Shown here piece after piece: positions 27,097 to 36,635 of a DNA stretch of 64,000 nucleotides; within the stretch, counting starts at the first letter, position 1, and each line of letters begins with the position of its first letter. The translations under genes and the position numbers were made by a program. This DNA comes from Candidatus Parcubacteria bacterium. GTDB lineage: Bacteria; Patescibacteriota; Minisyncoccia; Phycocordibacterales; Zambryskibacteraceae. A model generated the notes under the pieces. That model searched no databases and was not told the origin of the DNA. It worked only from the letters and a program-made list of their open reading frames with translations. The stretch lies in the NCBI GenBank assembly GCA_019661865.1, contig JAIFWJ010000001.1:43290-107289 (forward strand). Reading direction: 5' to 3'.

Positions 27097-27867
27097 CTAC
27101 TCCTTAACTGGCTCAACCTTAGCGTTTATACCACCCTTGAAGGGTAAGTTTACTCGTATAGGAGTTTCTCTAATGATGCGTAAGACTTCATCAAGATCAT
27201 CGGTGATAGTGTAGAGAAGGAGATCTTCTGGCAGTATGGTGCTCCTAGAGAGGAGCTCTGCCTGCATGAAGCGCTCAAGAGCCTTCCAGTAATCTTTTCC
27301 CACACAGATAAGTGGAGTACCAACAATCTTTCCAGTTTGAAGAAGAGTAATAATTTCGAAAAATTCATCGAGCGTGCCGTATCCTCCGGGGAAGAATATA
27401 AATGCTTCTGAAGAGAAAGAAAGAAGAACTTTACGGACAAAGAAGTAGTAAGAGTCAACCTCGTGACTTATGAATTTATTTATAATCTGTTCGTGAGGAA
27501 GCTTGATGGTAAGGCCTAGAGACTCTCCATTGGCCTCGAATGCACCGCGGTTGGCCGCCTCCATAATGCCTGGGCCGCCGCCAGAGACCACCGAATATCC
27601 GAGTTCTGTCACAATACGACCGGCAAGTGTGCGGGCATTCTGGTAGTAAGTGTTATCTTCTTTAAACTGATTCGAGCCGAAGAAGGTAACTGTCTTGGGA
27701 TAATTCTCCAGAAAGCTGAAACCATCCTTAAATTCTTTAGAGATCTCCTCGATGCGCTCCCTTGCTGTCTCTTCCATTTTCTCTCGAGTCCAGGCTGGGA
27801 GGGCACGGGCCTCGCGCTTGAGAGCTCTTTCCTCCCGTCTGGCTTTCCACTTTTCTTCTAGATCCAT
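27097..27867 (-). CDS. LOG family (Rossmann-fold nucleotide monophosphate nucleosidase) protein
   Basis: VTFFGS, SGGGPGIMEAANRGA, FFVRK, FPGGYGTLDEFFE; start moved to 27867. Confidence 0.92.
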   Translation of the reverse strand: MDLEEKWKARREERALKREARALPAWTREKMEETARERIEEISKEFKDGFSFLENYPKTVTFFGSNQFKEDNTYYQNARTLAGRIVTELGYSVVSGGGPGIMEAANRGAFEANGESLGLTIKLPHEQIINKFISHEVDSYYFFVRKVLLSFSSEAFIFFPGGYGTLDEFFEIITLLQTGKIVGTPLICVGKDYWKALERFMQAELLSRSTILPEDLLLYTITDDLDEVLRIIRETPIRVNLPFKGGINAKVEPVKE

Positions 27868-27906
27868 ATTGGTGCATATTGTATCATATATAGGTAACCC
27901 AAAATT

Positions 27907-28374
27907 ATGAAAACCAAGAGCACTAAAGAATGGATTGCCATAGGATGTTCCTTGGCAGTTCTTACATTCGTTCTGTTCGGTAATGCAGTTATTAATTTCT
28001 TTAATCCACAACAAGTAGCATCTTCCATGGAGGCATCACAAAATCCAGGTGTTCAAGTCCAAGACACAGTAGTAGGTAAGGGAGATGTGGCTTCCCCAGG
28101 CGACACTGTCACTGTGCACTACGTAGGTCAACTAACAAGCGGAAAGATCTTCGACAGCTCGCTCGACAGAGGAGAGCCGTTTACATTTACACTCGGAGTG
28201 GGGCAGGTTATCCGTGGATGGGATGAAGGTGTGGCTGGTATGAGAGTCGGTGGTACAAGAAGACTCATAATCTCACCGGAGTATGCATATGGTGAGAATG
28301 GCGTAGGACCTATCCCTCCTAATGCTACCCTCGTCTTCGACGTACAACTTCTAGGTGTCCAAAAGCCAAGATAA
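27907..28374 (+). CDS. FKBP-type peptidyl-prolyl isomerase with N-terminal TM
   Basis: VTVHYVG...FDSS, GQVIRGWDEG, AYG...IPPNATLVFDVQLL. Confidence 0.95.
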   Translation: MKTKSTKEWIAIGCSLAVLTFVLFGNAVINFFNPQQVASSMEASQNPGVQVQDTVVGKGDVASPGDTVTVHYVGQLTSGKIFDSSLDRGEPFTFTLGVGQVIRGWDEGVAGMRVGGTRRLIISPEYAYGENGVGPIPPNATLVFDVQLLGVQKPR

Positions 28375-29017
28375 ATTATCTCATCATGCATATCTTGTTT
28401 TGGGAGATAGTCACTCCCAAGATATTTTCTTGTATGACAATCTTATAAAGCCCCAAGGTGATCCAGATATAACCCAGTTTCTGGGAGATACGTTTACAAT
28501 TGAAGAAGCGAGAGTGTTAAAGGAGCGGGCAAGTACAAAAGGTTTTAAAAATAAACGGATATTTATACTTCGATACAATAAGTACACTCCAGAGTCGCAG
28601 AATGCACTCTTAAAAACCCTTGAAGAACCAATTCAGAACACCCAGTTCATAATCTTCGGTAGAGATGAGAGTCTTTTCCTACCGACAATTCTTTCGAGAG
28701 TGTATTCGGTGCGTCCGAATCTTGATAATTTTTCCTCTTTACCCACAAGTGGGCTCCGACGAGATAAAAATTCTCAAGATTCTTCCGCCGAATTTGTAAA
28801 AATGAGCTTGAGGAAGAGGCTAGATTTTGTCAAAGAGTTTGTAGACACAGAGGGTAGGGAAGGGCTTACAGGGTTTCTTGACTCACTTCTTACAAATCTG
28901 AAATCTTCCAAGGTCCCAACTGAAACGCTTAAGAAAGTTTTTAAACTCCGTAAGTACTCCGACGACCCCGCCGCCCTACCGCGCCTCATCCTCGAGCACT
29001 TAGCCTTTGTTATATAG
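28355..29017 (+). CDS. holB: DNA polymerase III delta-prime-like clamp loader subunit (reduced)
   Basis: HHAYL, SQNALLKTLEEP, LPTILSR. Confidence 0.75.
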   Translation: MSKSQDKLSHHAYLVLGDSHSQDIFLYDNLIKPQGDPDITQFLGDTFTIEEARVLKERASTKGFKNKRIFILRYNKYTPESQNALLKTLEEPIQNTQFIIFGRDESLFLPTILSRVYSVRPNLDNFSSLPTSGLRRDKNSQDSSAEFVKMSLRKRLDFVKEFVDTEGREGLTGFLDSLLTNLKSSKVPTETLKKVFKLRKYSDDPAALPRLILEHLAFVI

Positions 29018-29063
29018 CTTAGATTAAGGTTTTTGAGGCATTAGAACATGTTATGATTTACAC

Positions 29064-29615
29064 ATGGCCTATAACTTTTCTGCATTCAAGTCTGAAGTTG
29101 AGAGAACTACGGAGTGGCTCAAGAAGGAATACACAAGCCTCCGCGGGGGCCAGGCATCTCCAGCTGTTTTAGATACTGTATCTGTCGACTCGTATGGTAC
29201 AAAGACACCCATAAGCCATGTGGCCTCAGTTCTAAGCGAGGGGCCGAAATCTCTCCGTATAACTCCTTGGGATAAGTCAGTTGCATCAAGTATTGATATG
29301 GCTATTCGTGAAGCGAACTTGGGAGTGTCAGTATCGATGGATGATAAGGGATTAAGAGTTTCTTTTCCTGATTTAACAAATGATAGAAGACAAGTGTTGA
29401 TAAAACTGGCAAAGCAGAAGCTAGAAGAGGCTCGCATAGCGCTTAGGAGTGAACGTCAGAAAGTGCTTAATGACCTGGACAAACAAGAGAAGGAAGGAAA
29501 GTTAAGTGAAGATGAAAAGACGCGCGAGAAGAATGAACTTCAGAAACTTATAGATGAAGCTAATAAAAAGCTTGAGGATATCCTAGAGAAGAAAGAGAAA
29601 GAAATTTTAGAATAA
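29064..29615 (+). CDS. frr: Ribosome recycling factor
   Basis: LRGGQASPAVLD, DSYG, ITPWD, PDLTNDRR, KKEKEI. Confidence 0.95.
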   Translation: MAYNFSAFKSEVERTTEWLKKEYTSLRGGQASPAVLDTVSVDSYGTKTPISHVASVLSEGPKSLRITPWDKSVASSIDMAIREANLGVSVSMDDKGLRVSFPDLTNDRRQVLIKLAKQKLEEARIALRSERQKVLNDLDKQEKEGKLSEDEKTREKNELQKLIDEANKKLEDILEKKEKEILE

Positions 29616-29621
29616 TTCCTA

Positions 29622-30689
29622 ATGACAATAATAATTTTCTTAATCATTTTGAGCATCCTTGTGCTAGTGCACGAGGCTGGACACTTCTTCATAGCGAAGA
29701 AGAGTGGCATAAGAGTAGATGAGTTCGGACTTGGTTATCCTCCTCGTGCCAAGAAACTTTTTTCATGGAAAGGAACTGAGTTTACTCTAAACTGGCTACC
29801 CTTCGGCGGATTCGTGAAGATCTTCGGAGAGAATTATGAAGAACAAGATGGACAAGACAAGATGACATCTAAACCGCGCTATATCCAAGTGGCTGTACTA
29901 GCTGCAGGAGTTATCGCTAACTTTATCTTCGCATGGGCTCTTATATCTATAGGCTTCATGTCGGGTATTCCATCTCCAGTGAGCCAAGGGTTACCAGCAG
30001 AGGATGCTCACACAGTGATCACTGTAGTGGTACCTGGTTCTCCGGCTGCTACTAGTGGACTTAAGAGTGGGGATAAAATACTTTCACTTTGTCGCGAGGC
30101 GGACTGTACGGATTTAAGTCCTGATAAAGCTGCAAGGTTCATTGGTCAGTCGGCTACCTCGCTTACATTTAGAGTTTTACGAGGTGAGGAAACAATTACT
30201 AAAGTAGTTACTCCAGTAAACGGTATCATCGAAGGTAAGCCTGCTGTCGGGGTAGCCATGGATGTGGTTGGAACTGTTAAACTCGCACCTTTAAAAGCTC
30301 TGTGGGAGGGACTGAAAACCACTTGGGCTCTAGCCGTAGAGACCGTCAGAGCTCTAGTCTCTCTGGTCGGTCGGGCATTTGTGGGTCATGCCAGTTTAAA
30401 TGAAGTGACAGGACCGGTTGGACTTGTAAGTATGGTCGGAGACGTGCGTAGCCTAGGCTTCGTATATTTACTCACCTTTACTGCTCTGATATCCATAAAC
30501 TTGGCTGTCATAAACCTCTTCCCATTCCCGGCACTCGATGGAGGAAGGATGCTTATCGTCATCATTGAAGGCATAACTCGAAGAAAAATACCTACAAAAG
30601 TCTTTAATATCCTAAACACAGCCAGTTTCGCCCTACTTATCCTCCTTATGGTGATAATTACCGTGCGTGATGTAGCTCACTTGTTATAA
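29622..30689 (+). CDS. rseP: RIP metalloprotease RseP (M50 with PDZ)
   Basis: HEAGH, LPFGGFVK, PDZ GSPAATSGLKSGD, NLFPFPALDGGR. Confidence 0.93.
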   Translation: MTIIIFLIILSILVLVHEAGHFFIAKKSGIRVDEFGLGYPPRAKKLFSWKGTEFTLNWLPFGGFVKIFGENYEEQDGQDKMTSKPRYIQVAVLAAGVIANFIFAWALISIGFMSGIPSPVSQGLPAEDAHTVITVVVPGSPAATSGLKSGDKILSLCREADCTDLSPDKAARFIGQSATSLTFRVLRGEETITKVVTPVNGIIEGKPAVGVAMDVVGTVKLAPLKALWEGLKTTWALAVETVRALVSLVGRAFVGHASLNEVTGPVGLVSMVGDVRSLGFVYLLTFTALISINLAVINLFPFPALDGGRMLIVIIEGITRRKIPTKVFNILNTASFALLILLMVIITVRDVAHLL

Positions 30690-30728
30690 TTAAGGTATAG
30701 GTTCGTTACTCGTCTTAATTATAAACAT

Positions 30729-31055
30729 ATGGGTATAGAAAGTTTTAATGCTAATGAGCATATTAGCGAAAAAGAAAAATACGCACTGGGAAATGATATG
30801 CAGATTAAACTGATGGTACGTTTCGCCATGAGTCATGGCCTTAAACTGGATGAAATAGGGAAAGAGTCATTTAATAAAGTTGCAGTGAACTGGGCAGATA
30901 ATTATGGAAAGGAGTTTAGAAGTGAGTTTGACTCTATGGTCAGAGAGGATCCAAGTTTTATGGAAAGGTGGGAACAAGACCAAGACGAGGTTCTACAGGA
31001 GATAGAAGGACGAATTTATTCGAATCAAGGTGAGTCCCATCAAGCTGCAGCATAA
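30729..31055 (+). CDS. Hypothetical acidic protein ending in AAA
   Basis: 108-aa ORF between rseP and proS; TTAAG-N16-CGTCT at 30690-30715. Confidence 0.7.
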   Translation: MGIESFNANEHISEKEKYALGNDMQIKLMVRFAMSHGLKLDEIGKESFNKVAVNWADNYGKEFRSEFDSMVREDPSFMERWEQDQDEVLQEIEGRIYSNQGESHQAAA

Positions 31056-31093
31056 GCCTTTGTTTTTTAGCTTCTTTTGGTACACTTGTGTCT

Positions 31094-32329
31094 ATGCGAC
31101 AGAGTGAGTTATTCACTAAAACTAGGAGAGAAACGCCTAAGGATGAGGTTTCTAAGAATGCGGAGCTTCTCATAAGAGGTGGCTTCATACATAAGGAAAT
31201 GGCAGGAGTTTATGCATATCTGCCACTAGGCTTGCGCGTCTTAGAAAAGATTAAGAATATTGTGCGTGAGGAGATGAACAAGATTGGTGGAGAGGAGATC
31301 ATCATGACCACACTTCAGCGCAAGGAACTCTGGGAAGTAACGGATCGATGGAGTGATGAGAAGGTAGATGTGTGGTTTAAATCTAGCCTTAAGAGCGGAG
31401 CAGAAGTAGGCTTCGGTTGGTCACACGAGGAGCCGATCACAGAAATGATGAAAAACTTCATTGGAAGTTATAAAGACCTCCCTGTATATGTCTACCAATT
31501 CCAGACCAAGCTCAGGAATGAACTCCGCGCCAAGTCTGGCATCATGCGAGGACGTGAATTCGTCATGAAGGATATGTATTCGTATACGACTGATGAGGAG
31601 TCGCATAAGAAGTTTTATGACTCGGTGGTAGAAGCTTATCACCGGATATTTGAACGGGTTGGGCTTGGAGAAAAGACATTTTTAACATATGCATCTGGAG
31701 GAGCTTTTACAGACTTCAGTCACGAATTTCAAACTGTACTTCCGACTGGAGAAGATACAATTTATTTAAGTAGAGAGAAGAAAGTTGCCATAAATAAAGA
31801 GGTATTACAGGGTGGTGTATTAGAGAAGCTTGGACTTAAAAAGAGTGATCTCGAGGAAGTGGCAGCTTCCGAAGTGGGGAATATCTTTAGCTTCGGTGGG
31901 GCTAAATCTGAGGCTTTAGGGCTCTTTTTTAAGGATGAGAGTGGTAAGTCACTCCCAGTAACCCTGGGCTCTTATGGCATAGGCATAACACGACTTATGG
32001 GGGTAGTGGTAGAGGCACTTTCGGATGAAAAAGGTATAGTATGGCCAGAAAGCATTGCTCCTTTTAGGGTGCATATTCTCTCACTAGGAGAAAAATTGAA
32101 GGCAAAAGCTCAGGAAGTTTATAACAAGCTAAATGAAGTCGGGATAGAGGCTCTCTATGATGACAGAGATATAAGCGCCGGAGAGAAGTTTAATGATGCA
32201 GATCTCCTCGGACTTCCTGTGCGGGTAGTAGTCGGTGAGAAACACGAGGGTAAACTCGAAGTTAAGAATCGTAAGACCGGAGAAGAGAAATTGGAGACAG
32301 TCGAAAGTTTGGTTCATTCTTTGAAGTAA
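31094..32329 (+). CDS. proS: Proline--tRNA ligase (short form without editing insertion)
   Basis: MRQSELF start, QFQTKLRNELRAKSGIMRGREF.MKD.YS, GSYGIGITRL, anticodon-binding domain. Confidence 0.93.
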   Translation: MRQSELFTKTRRETPKDEVSKNAELLIRGGFIHKEMAGVYAYLPLGLRVLEKIKNIVREEMNKIGGEEIIMTTLQRKELWEVTDRWSDEKVDVWFKSSLKSGAEVGFGWSHEEPITEMMKNFIGSYKDLPVYVYQFQTKLRNELRAKSGIMRGREFVMKDMYSYTTDEESHKKFYDSVVEAYHRIFERVGLGEKTFLTYASGGAFTDFSHEFQTVLPTGEDTIYLSREKKVAINKEVLQGGVLEKLGLKKSDLEEVAASEVGNIFSFGGAKSEALGLFFKDESGKSLPVTLGSYGIGITRLMGVVVEALSDEKGIVWPESIAPFRVHILSLGEKLKAKAQEVYNKLNEVGIEALYDDRDISAGEKFNDADLLGLPVRVVVGEKHEGKLEVKNRKTGEEKLETVESLVHSLK

Positions 32330-32333
32330 CACA

Positions 32334-33389
32334 ATGGCGGATATAAAGGAAACTATAAGGAGATTTTTCTCCCATGATATTGGTATAGACCTGGGTACTG
32401 CGAATACTCTGGTTTATGTGCGTGGACAAGGAATAGTTCTCAGTGAACCCTCAGTAGTAGCAGTCAATGAAAAGACCGGTCGGGTGGTAGCAGTGGGCAA
32501 TCAAGCTAAGGAAATGCTTGGTCGCACGCCGTCTCATATCACTGCGGTGAAGCCTCTAGTAGATGGAGTGATTTCTGACTTCGAGGTGACAGAAGAAATG
32601 CTCGCGTATCTACTAAGTCGCGTTCAAGGCAGACATAAACTCCTTGGTCCAAGAGTAGTGGTAGGAGTACCTTCAGGAATTACTTCGGTAGAAACTCGTG
32701 CAGTCAGAGATGCGGCTAGGAATGCTGGAGCAGGAATTGTATATATTGTGGAAGAACCCATGGCAGCAGCTATTGGCCTCAGGCTCCCCATATTCGAACC
32801 TGTGGGGAATATGATTGTAGATATAGGAGGAGGAACCTCGGACATTGCTCTCATTTCTCTCGGAGGATTAGTAAGGTCTAAGAACTTGCGAGTAGCCGGA
32901 GAGAAATTCAACCAAGATATTATTTCATATATAAGAAGTCAGTTTAAGATTTTAATCGGTGAGAAGACTGCGGAGGTGGTGAAAATGGCTATTGGTTCAG
33001 TGCTTCCCGGAGAGACGGTGCTTGAGGCCAGGGTCAAAGGTAGAGACTTAGTAACTGGACTTCCCCGTGAAGTAGTAATAACAGATGCAGATATGCGTGA
33101 GGCTCTTTCTCCTTCCATTGAGAGTCTTATCAATGCGCTTAAGGAAGTAGTAGAGATTGCTCCTCCTGATATCTTGAATGATGTTTTAGAAAGAGGAATA
33201 TACCTGACCGGAGGCGGGGCGCTTATCCAGGGACTGGGACAACTTATGGAGAGTGAATTAAATATCCCAGTGCATCTGGCTCCTGATCCAGTCACTGCTG
33301 TAGCACGTGGTACTGGTATCATACTAGAGGATCTTCCTACTTATGAGAGTATATTAGTTCAAAATGAAGACGACCTTCCGCAAAAATAA
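32334..33389 (+). CDS. mreB: Rod shape-determining protein MreB
   Basis: IGIDLGTANT, EEPMAAAIG, VDIGGGT, LTGGGAL. Confidence 0.96.
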   Translation: MADIKETIRRFFSHDIGIDLGTANTLVYVRGQGIVLSEPSVVAVNEKTGRVVAVGNQAKEMLGRTPSHITAVKPLVDGVISDFEVTEEMLAYLLSRVQGRHKLLGPRVVVGVPSGITSVETRAVRDAARNAGAGIVYIVEEPMAAAIGLRLPIFEPVGNMIVDIGGGTSDIALISLGGLVRSKNLRVAGEKFNQDIISYIRSQFKILIGEKTAEVVKMAIGSVLPGETVLEARVKGRDLVTGLPREVVITDADMREALSPSIESLINALKEVVEIAPPDILNDVLERGIYLTGGGALIQGLGQLMESELNIPVHLAPDPVTAVARGTGIILEDLPTYESILVQNEDDLPQK

Positions 33390-34146
33390 TTCATCCCAGA
33401 GTACATCGGGAAGGATCCTCATAATCATCGCCCTTTTTATAGTCGGAGCAATAGTCTTCCCACTCACACGGGGGTTTCTTTATAGAGTCTTGTCCCCAGT
33501 ATGGAAAGGCGAGAATGCATTTAGTCGCGGGGTTAAAAACTTGAGCGACTTTTTCCGCTCTAAGGAAGCCCTTATCCAAGAAAATGAGAATTTGAAAGCA
33601 GAAATTGCTGCTCAAGATAATCTCGTCCTATCATGTCGTGTTATAGAAGGGACGAAGGACTCATTACTTTCTACATACGGTCGTGAGGCAAGTGATGCAG
33701 GGATTGCGGCCACTGTTATAAGTCGACCTCCCAAGACTTCTTATGATGTTTTAGTAATAGATGCAGGTAAAGAAAATAATATTTCTGTCGGAGAGACAGT
33801 TTCTGTCCCCGAGGGCCCAATCTTGGGAAAAGTCTTCGAATCCTTCTCTAATACCTCTCAGGTGGTGCTCTTCACAACCAGTGGAGAGAAAACTGATGCC
33901 ATACTAGAAAGAAATCTTCTGCCTGTGACTCTGGTAGGTAAGGGAGGAGGAAATTTCGAGATGATTTTACCTCGCACTGCTGAAGTAGAAGTTGGAGACA
34001 AGATACTTTCAAGCCCCATAGATCCGAGACTGATGGCAGTAGTGGGAGACGTGGAGGAGACCCCCACAGAGGGCTTCAAGAAGGCCCTGGCAAGTGTACC
34101 AGTAAATCTTCAGACACTTCGCTTTGTAAGCATTTCACATAACTAA
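33364..34146 (+). CDS. mreC: Rod shape-determining protein MreC
   Basis: TM, coiled coil ENENLK, IDAGKENNI..G; follows mreB. Confidence 0.85.
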   Translation: MKTTFRKNNSSQSTSGRILIIIALFIVGAIVFPLTRGFLYRVLSPVWKGENAFSRGVKNLSDFFRSKEALIQENENLKAEIAAQDNLVLSCRVIEGTKDSLLSTYGREASDAGIAATVISRPPKTSYDVLVIDAGKENNISVGETVSVPEGPILGKVFESFSNTSQVVLFTTSGEKTDAILERNLLPVTLVGKGGGNFEMILPRTAEVEVGDKILSSPIDPRLMAVVGDVEETPTEGFKKALASVPVNLQTLRFVSISHN

Positions 34147-34147
34147 G

Positions 34148-34417
34148 ATGAATAAGAGAAGTTTAGTAATTATGATACTTATCCTCTCTATTATCCTTGC
34201 TCCCTACTGGATATATCTTCCACTGGTCCTTATTTCTACTTTCTTTTTTCCTTTTTTCTGGGAAGGAATATTTTTAGCACTTTTAGCAGATACATTATAC
34301 GGTTTTAAAAATCTACCAGTCTTCGGCTTTCCCTTGGCCCTTCTCGAGAGTATACTTATCGTCATATTTTTGCCCATTAGAAAACTATTCAGGTTCAATG
34401 CTGAATCAAATCTTTAG
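34148..34417 (+). CDS. Small hydrophobic protein at the mreD position
   Basis: 89 aa, multi-TM, between mreC and mrdA. Confidence 0.55.
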   Translation: MNKRSLVIMILILSIILAPYWIYLPLVLISTFFFPFFWEGIFLALLADTLYGFKNLPVFGFPLALLESILIVIFLPIRKLFRFNAESNL

Positions 34418-36098
34418 AAAATTTAAAGTTAAGAGAAGATACAAGGACATTGACCCTGAAGACATATTTCTAGACTCTACAAACCTTCCAGGCATAGACT
34501 ACGATCGCTTCCAAGGTCACATCGAGAAGCCCATCAGCACCAAAACTTTCCTCTTCATCAAGTGCTTGTCCATACTTGTCATATGTATCTTCGGAGCCAA
34601 GCTCTGGGGTCTTCAAGTAGCCAAAGGTGATGAATATGAAAAAATTTCTGAGAATAACCGCCTTGCTCATTCTCTTATAATTGCGAACAGAGGACTGATA
34701 TATGACAGGAATGGAGTTGAGCTCGCTTCTAATTCTATAAAGGAAGGGACACAGGAGTTCGCCGACAGAGTCTATACTGCTCCGGGACTCTCACATGTAC
34801 TCGGATATGTGAAGTATCCAATGAAAGATTCTTCAGGATTTTTTTACCAAGAAGAGTTCAAGGGAGTCTCGGGAGTGGAGAAGCAATACAACAATCTGCT
34901 TAGTGGTAAAAATGGCTTGAAGATTACTGAGACGGACGCCCTAGGCAAGACCATTTCAGAGAATGTCATAGAGCTACCACATGACGGTAAAGATCTGCAT
35001 CTCTCGGTCGATGCCAAGCTTACAGAAAATCTATACGAAAATATTAAGTCTCTAGCCCTAGATAAAGGCTTCCAAGGTGGTGCAGCAGTAGTTATGGATG
35101 TAAAAACGGGAGAAGTTTTAGCCATGACGAGTTATCCTGAGTTCGATCCCAATGTGGTTACGAAGGGAGATGACAGAGAAGCCATTTCGAAACTTCTGAC
35201 AGATCCGTCCAATCCATTTTTAAATAGAATTGTATCTGGTCTTTATACTCCAGGATCTATCGTGAAGCCCCTTATGGCACTGGGTGCTCTTAGTGAAGGA
35301 GTAATCGATCCTCTTAAGAAACTTCTGAGTACGGGATCCATATCACTGCCTAACCCCTATGACCCAGAACATCCATCTGTATTCAAGGACTGGAGAGCCA
35401 ATGGTTGGGTAGATATGCGAGATGCTTTAGCAGTGTCTTCCGATGTCTACTTCTACGAAGTTGGTGGAGGGTTCCAAGACCAGCACGGTCTTGGAATCTC
35501 TAATATCGATAAATACTTCAGTATGTTCGGCCTTACCGAAGAGACGGGGATAGATCTTCCAGGAGAGACAAGTGGAGTCATAGCCACACCAGACTGGAAG
35601 AATATACATTTCCCGGGAGATCCGTGGCGCATTGGAGATACTTACCACACATCCATTGGCCAGTACGGTACTCAGGTGACACCACTGGAGGCGGTGAGGT
35701 GGGTGGGATCCATAGCTAACGGGGGAGACTTACTTGTACCCTCAATTCTACAAGGTGGAAGAGCACCGGACCAAAGACTTTTTAGACATGTCGATCTTCC
35801 TGAGACAGACTTCCAAGTGGTAAGGGAGGGTATGAGGCGGGGCGTGACGGGCGGAGTGGCAGTAAGTCTCAATATGTCCGATGTGCACGTAGCAGCCAAG
35901 ACTGGTACAGCAGAACTGGGCTCGAAGAAGCAGTTTGTAAACTCGTGGGTCACAGGCTTCTTCCCTTACGAGGATCCGCACTACGCTTTCGCTATCATCA
36001 TGGAGAAGGGACCTGTAGAGAACCTCGTCGGCGGACCTTACGTCATGCGCCAGACACTGGACTGGATGGCAACGAACGCACCAGAGTACTTTAAATAG
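34398..36098 (+). CDS. mrdA: Penicillin-binding protein 2
   Basis: RGLIYDRNG, SxxK (GSIVK), SSDVYFY, KTGTAE. Confidence 0.92.
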   Translation: MLNQIFRKFKVKRRYKDIDPEDIFLDSTNLPGIDYDRFQGHIEKPISTKTFLFIKCLSILVICIFGAKLWGLQVAKGDEYEKISENNRLAHSLIIANRGLIYDRNGVELASNSIKEGTQEFADRVYTAPGLSHVLGYVKYPMKDSSGFFYQEEFKGVSGVEKQYNNLLSGKNGLKITETDALGKTISENVIELPHDGKDLHLSVDAKLTENLYENIKSLALDKGFQGGAAVVMDVKTGEVLAMTSYPEFDPNVVTKGDDREAISKLLTDPSNPFLNRIVSGLYTPGSIVKPLMALGALSEGVIDPLKKLLSTGSISLPNPYDPEHPSVFKDWRANGWVDMRDALAVSSDVYFYEVGGGFQDQHGLGISNIDKYFSMFGLTEETGIDLPGETSGVIATPDWKNIHFPGDPWRIGDTYHTSIGQYGTQVTPLEAVRWVGSIANGGDLLVPSILQGGRAPDQRLFRHVDLPETDFQVVREGMRRGVTGGVAVSLNMSDVHVAAKTGTAELGSKKQFVNSWVTGFFPYEDPHYAFAIIMEKGPVENLVGGPYVMRQTLDWMATNAPEYFK

Positions 36099-36163
36099 GG
36101 TGTTTATAATAAATTTGATTTTTAGGGGAAATAATTGTAATATAAGCCGCATAATTTTTTATC

Positions 36164-36631
36164 ATGAATACAGACAAGGAATACCTTACCCAGACCAAGT
36201 TCGATGAGTTCAAGAAGGAGTTAGAATATCTTAAATCGACCAAGCGCACCGAGATTGCCAAGCAACTCGAGTATGCCAAGTCTCTCGGAGATCTCTCGGA
36301 AAATGCTGAGTACCACGAAGCTCGTAATACCCAAGCTATAGTTGAAGATAGGATTAATCACCTGGAATCCCTTCTTAAGTCTGCACAAATTGTCTCTGCC
36401 CACGACACAAGTACTGCAAACGTAGGTTCCGTTGTAACTGTAGAAAGAACTGGAGACAAATCGAGAAAGACATACACACTAGTGGGTTCAGAAGAGACCG
36501 ATGCAGTGAAGGGACTTATATCTGTCCGTTCTCCACTGGGTTTGGCAGTAAGAGGAAAGTCGAAGGGTGAAGTCTTTTCATTTAACGCACCTAGTGGCGC
36601 TGTGACCTACAAGGTTATTGATATAAAATAA
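36164..36631 (+). CDS. greA: Transcription elongation factor GreA
   Basis: GDLSENAEYHEAR, ISVRSPLG. Confidence 0.96.
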   Translation: MNTDKEYLTQTKFDEFKKELEYLKSTKRTEIAKQLEYAKSLGDLSENAEYHEARNTQAIVEDRINHLESLLKSAQIVSAHDTSTANVGSVVTVERTGDKSRKTYTLVGSEETDAVKGLISVRSPLGLAVRGKSKGEVFSFNAPSGAVTYKVIDIK

Positions 36632-36635
36632 GAGT

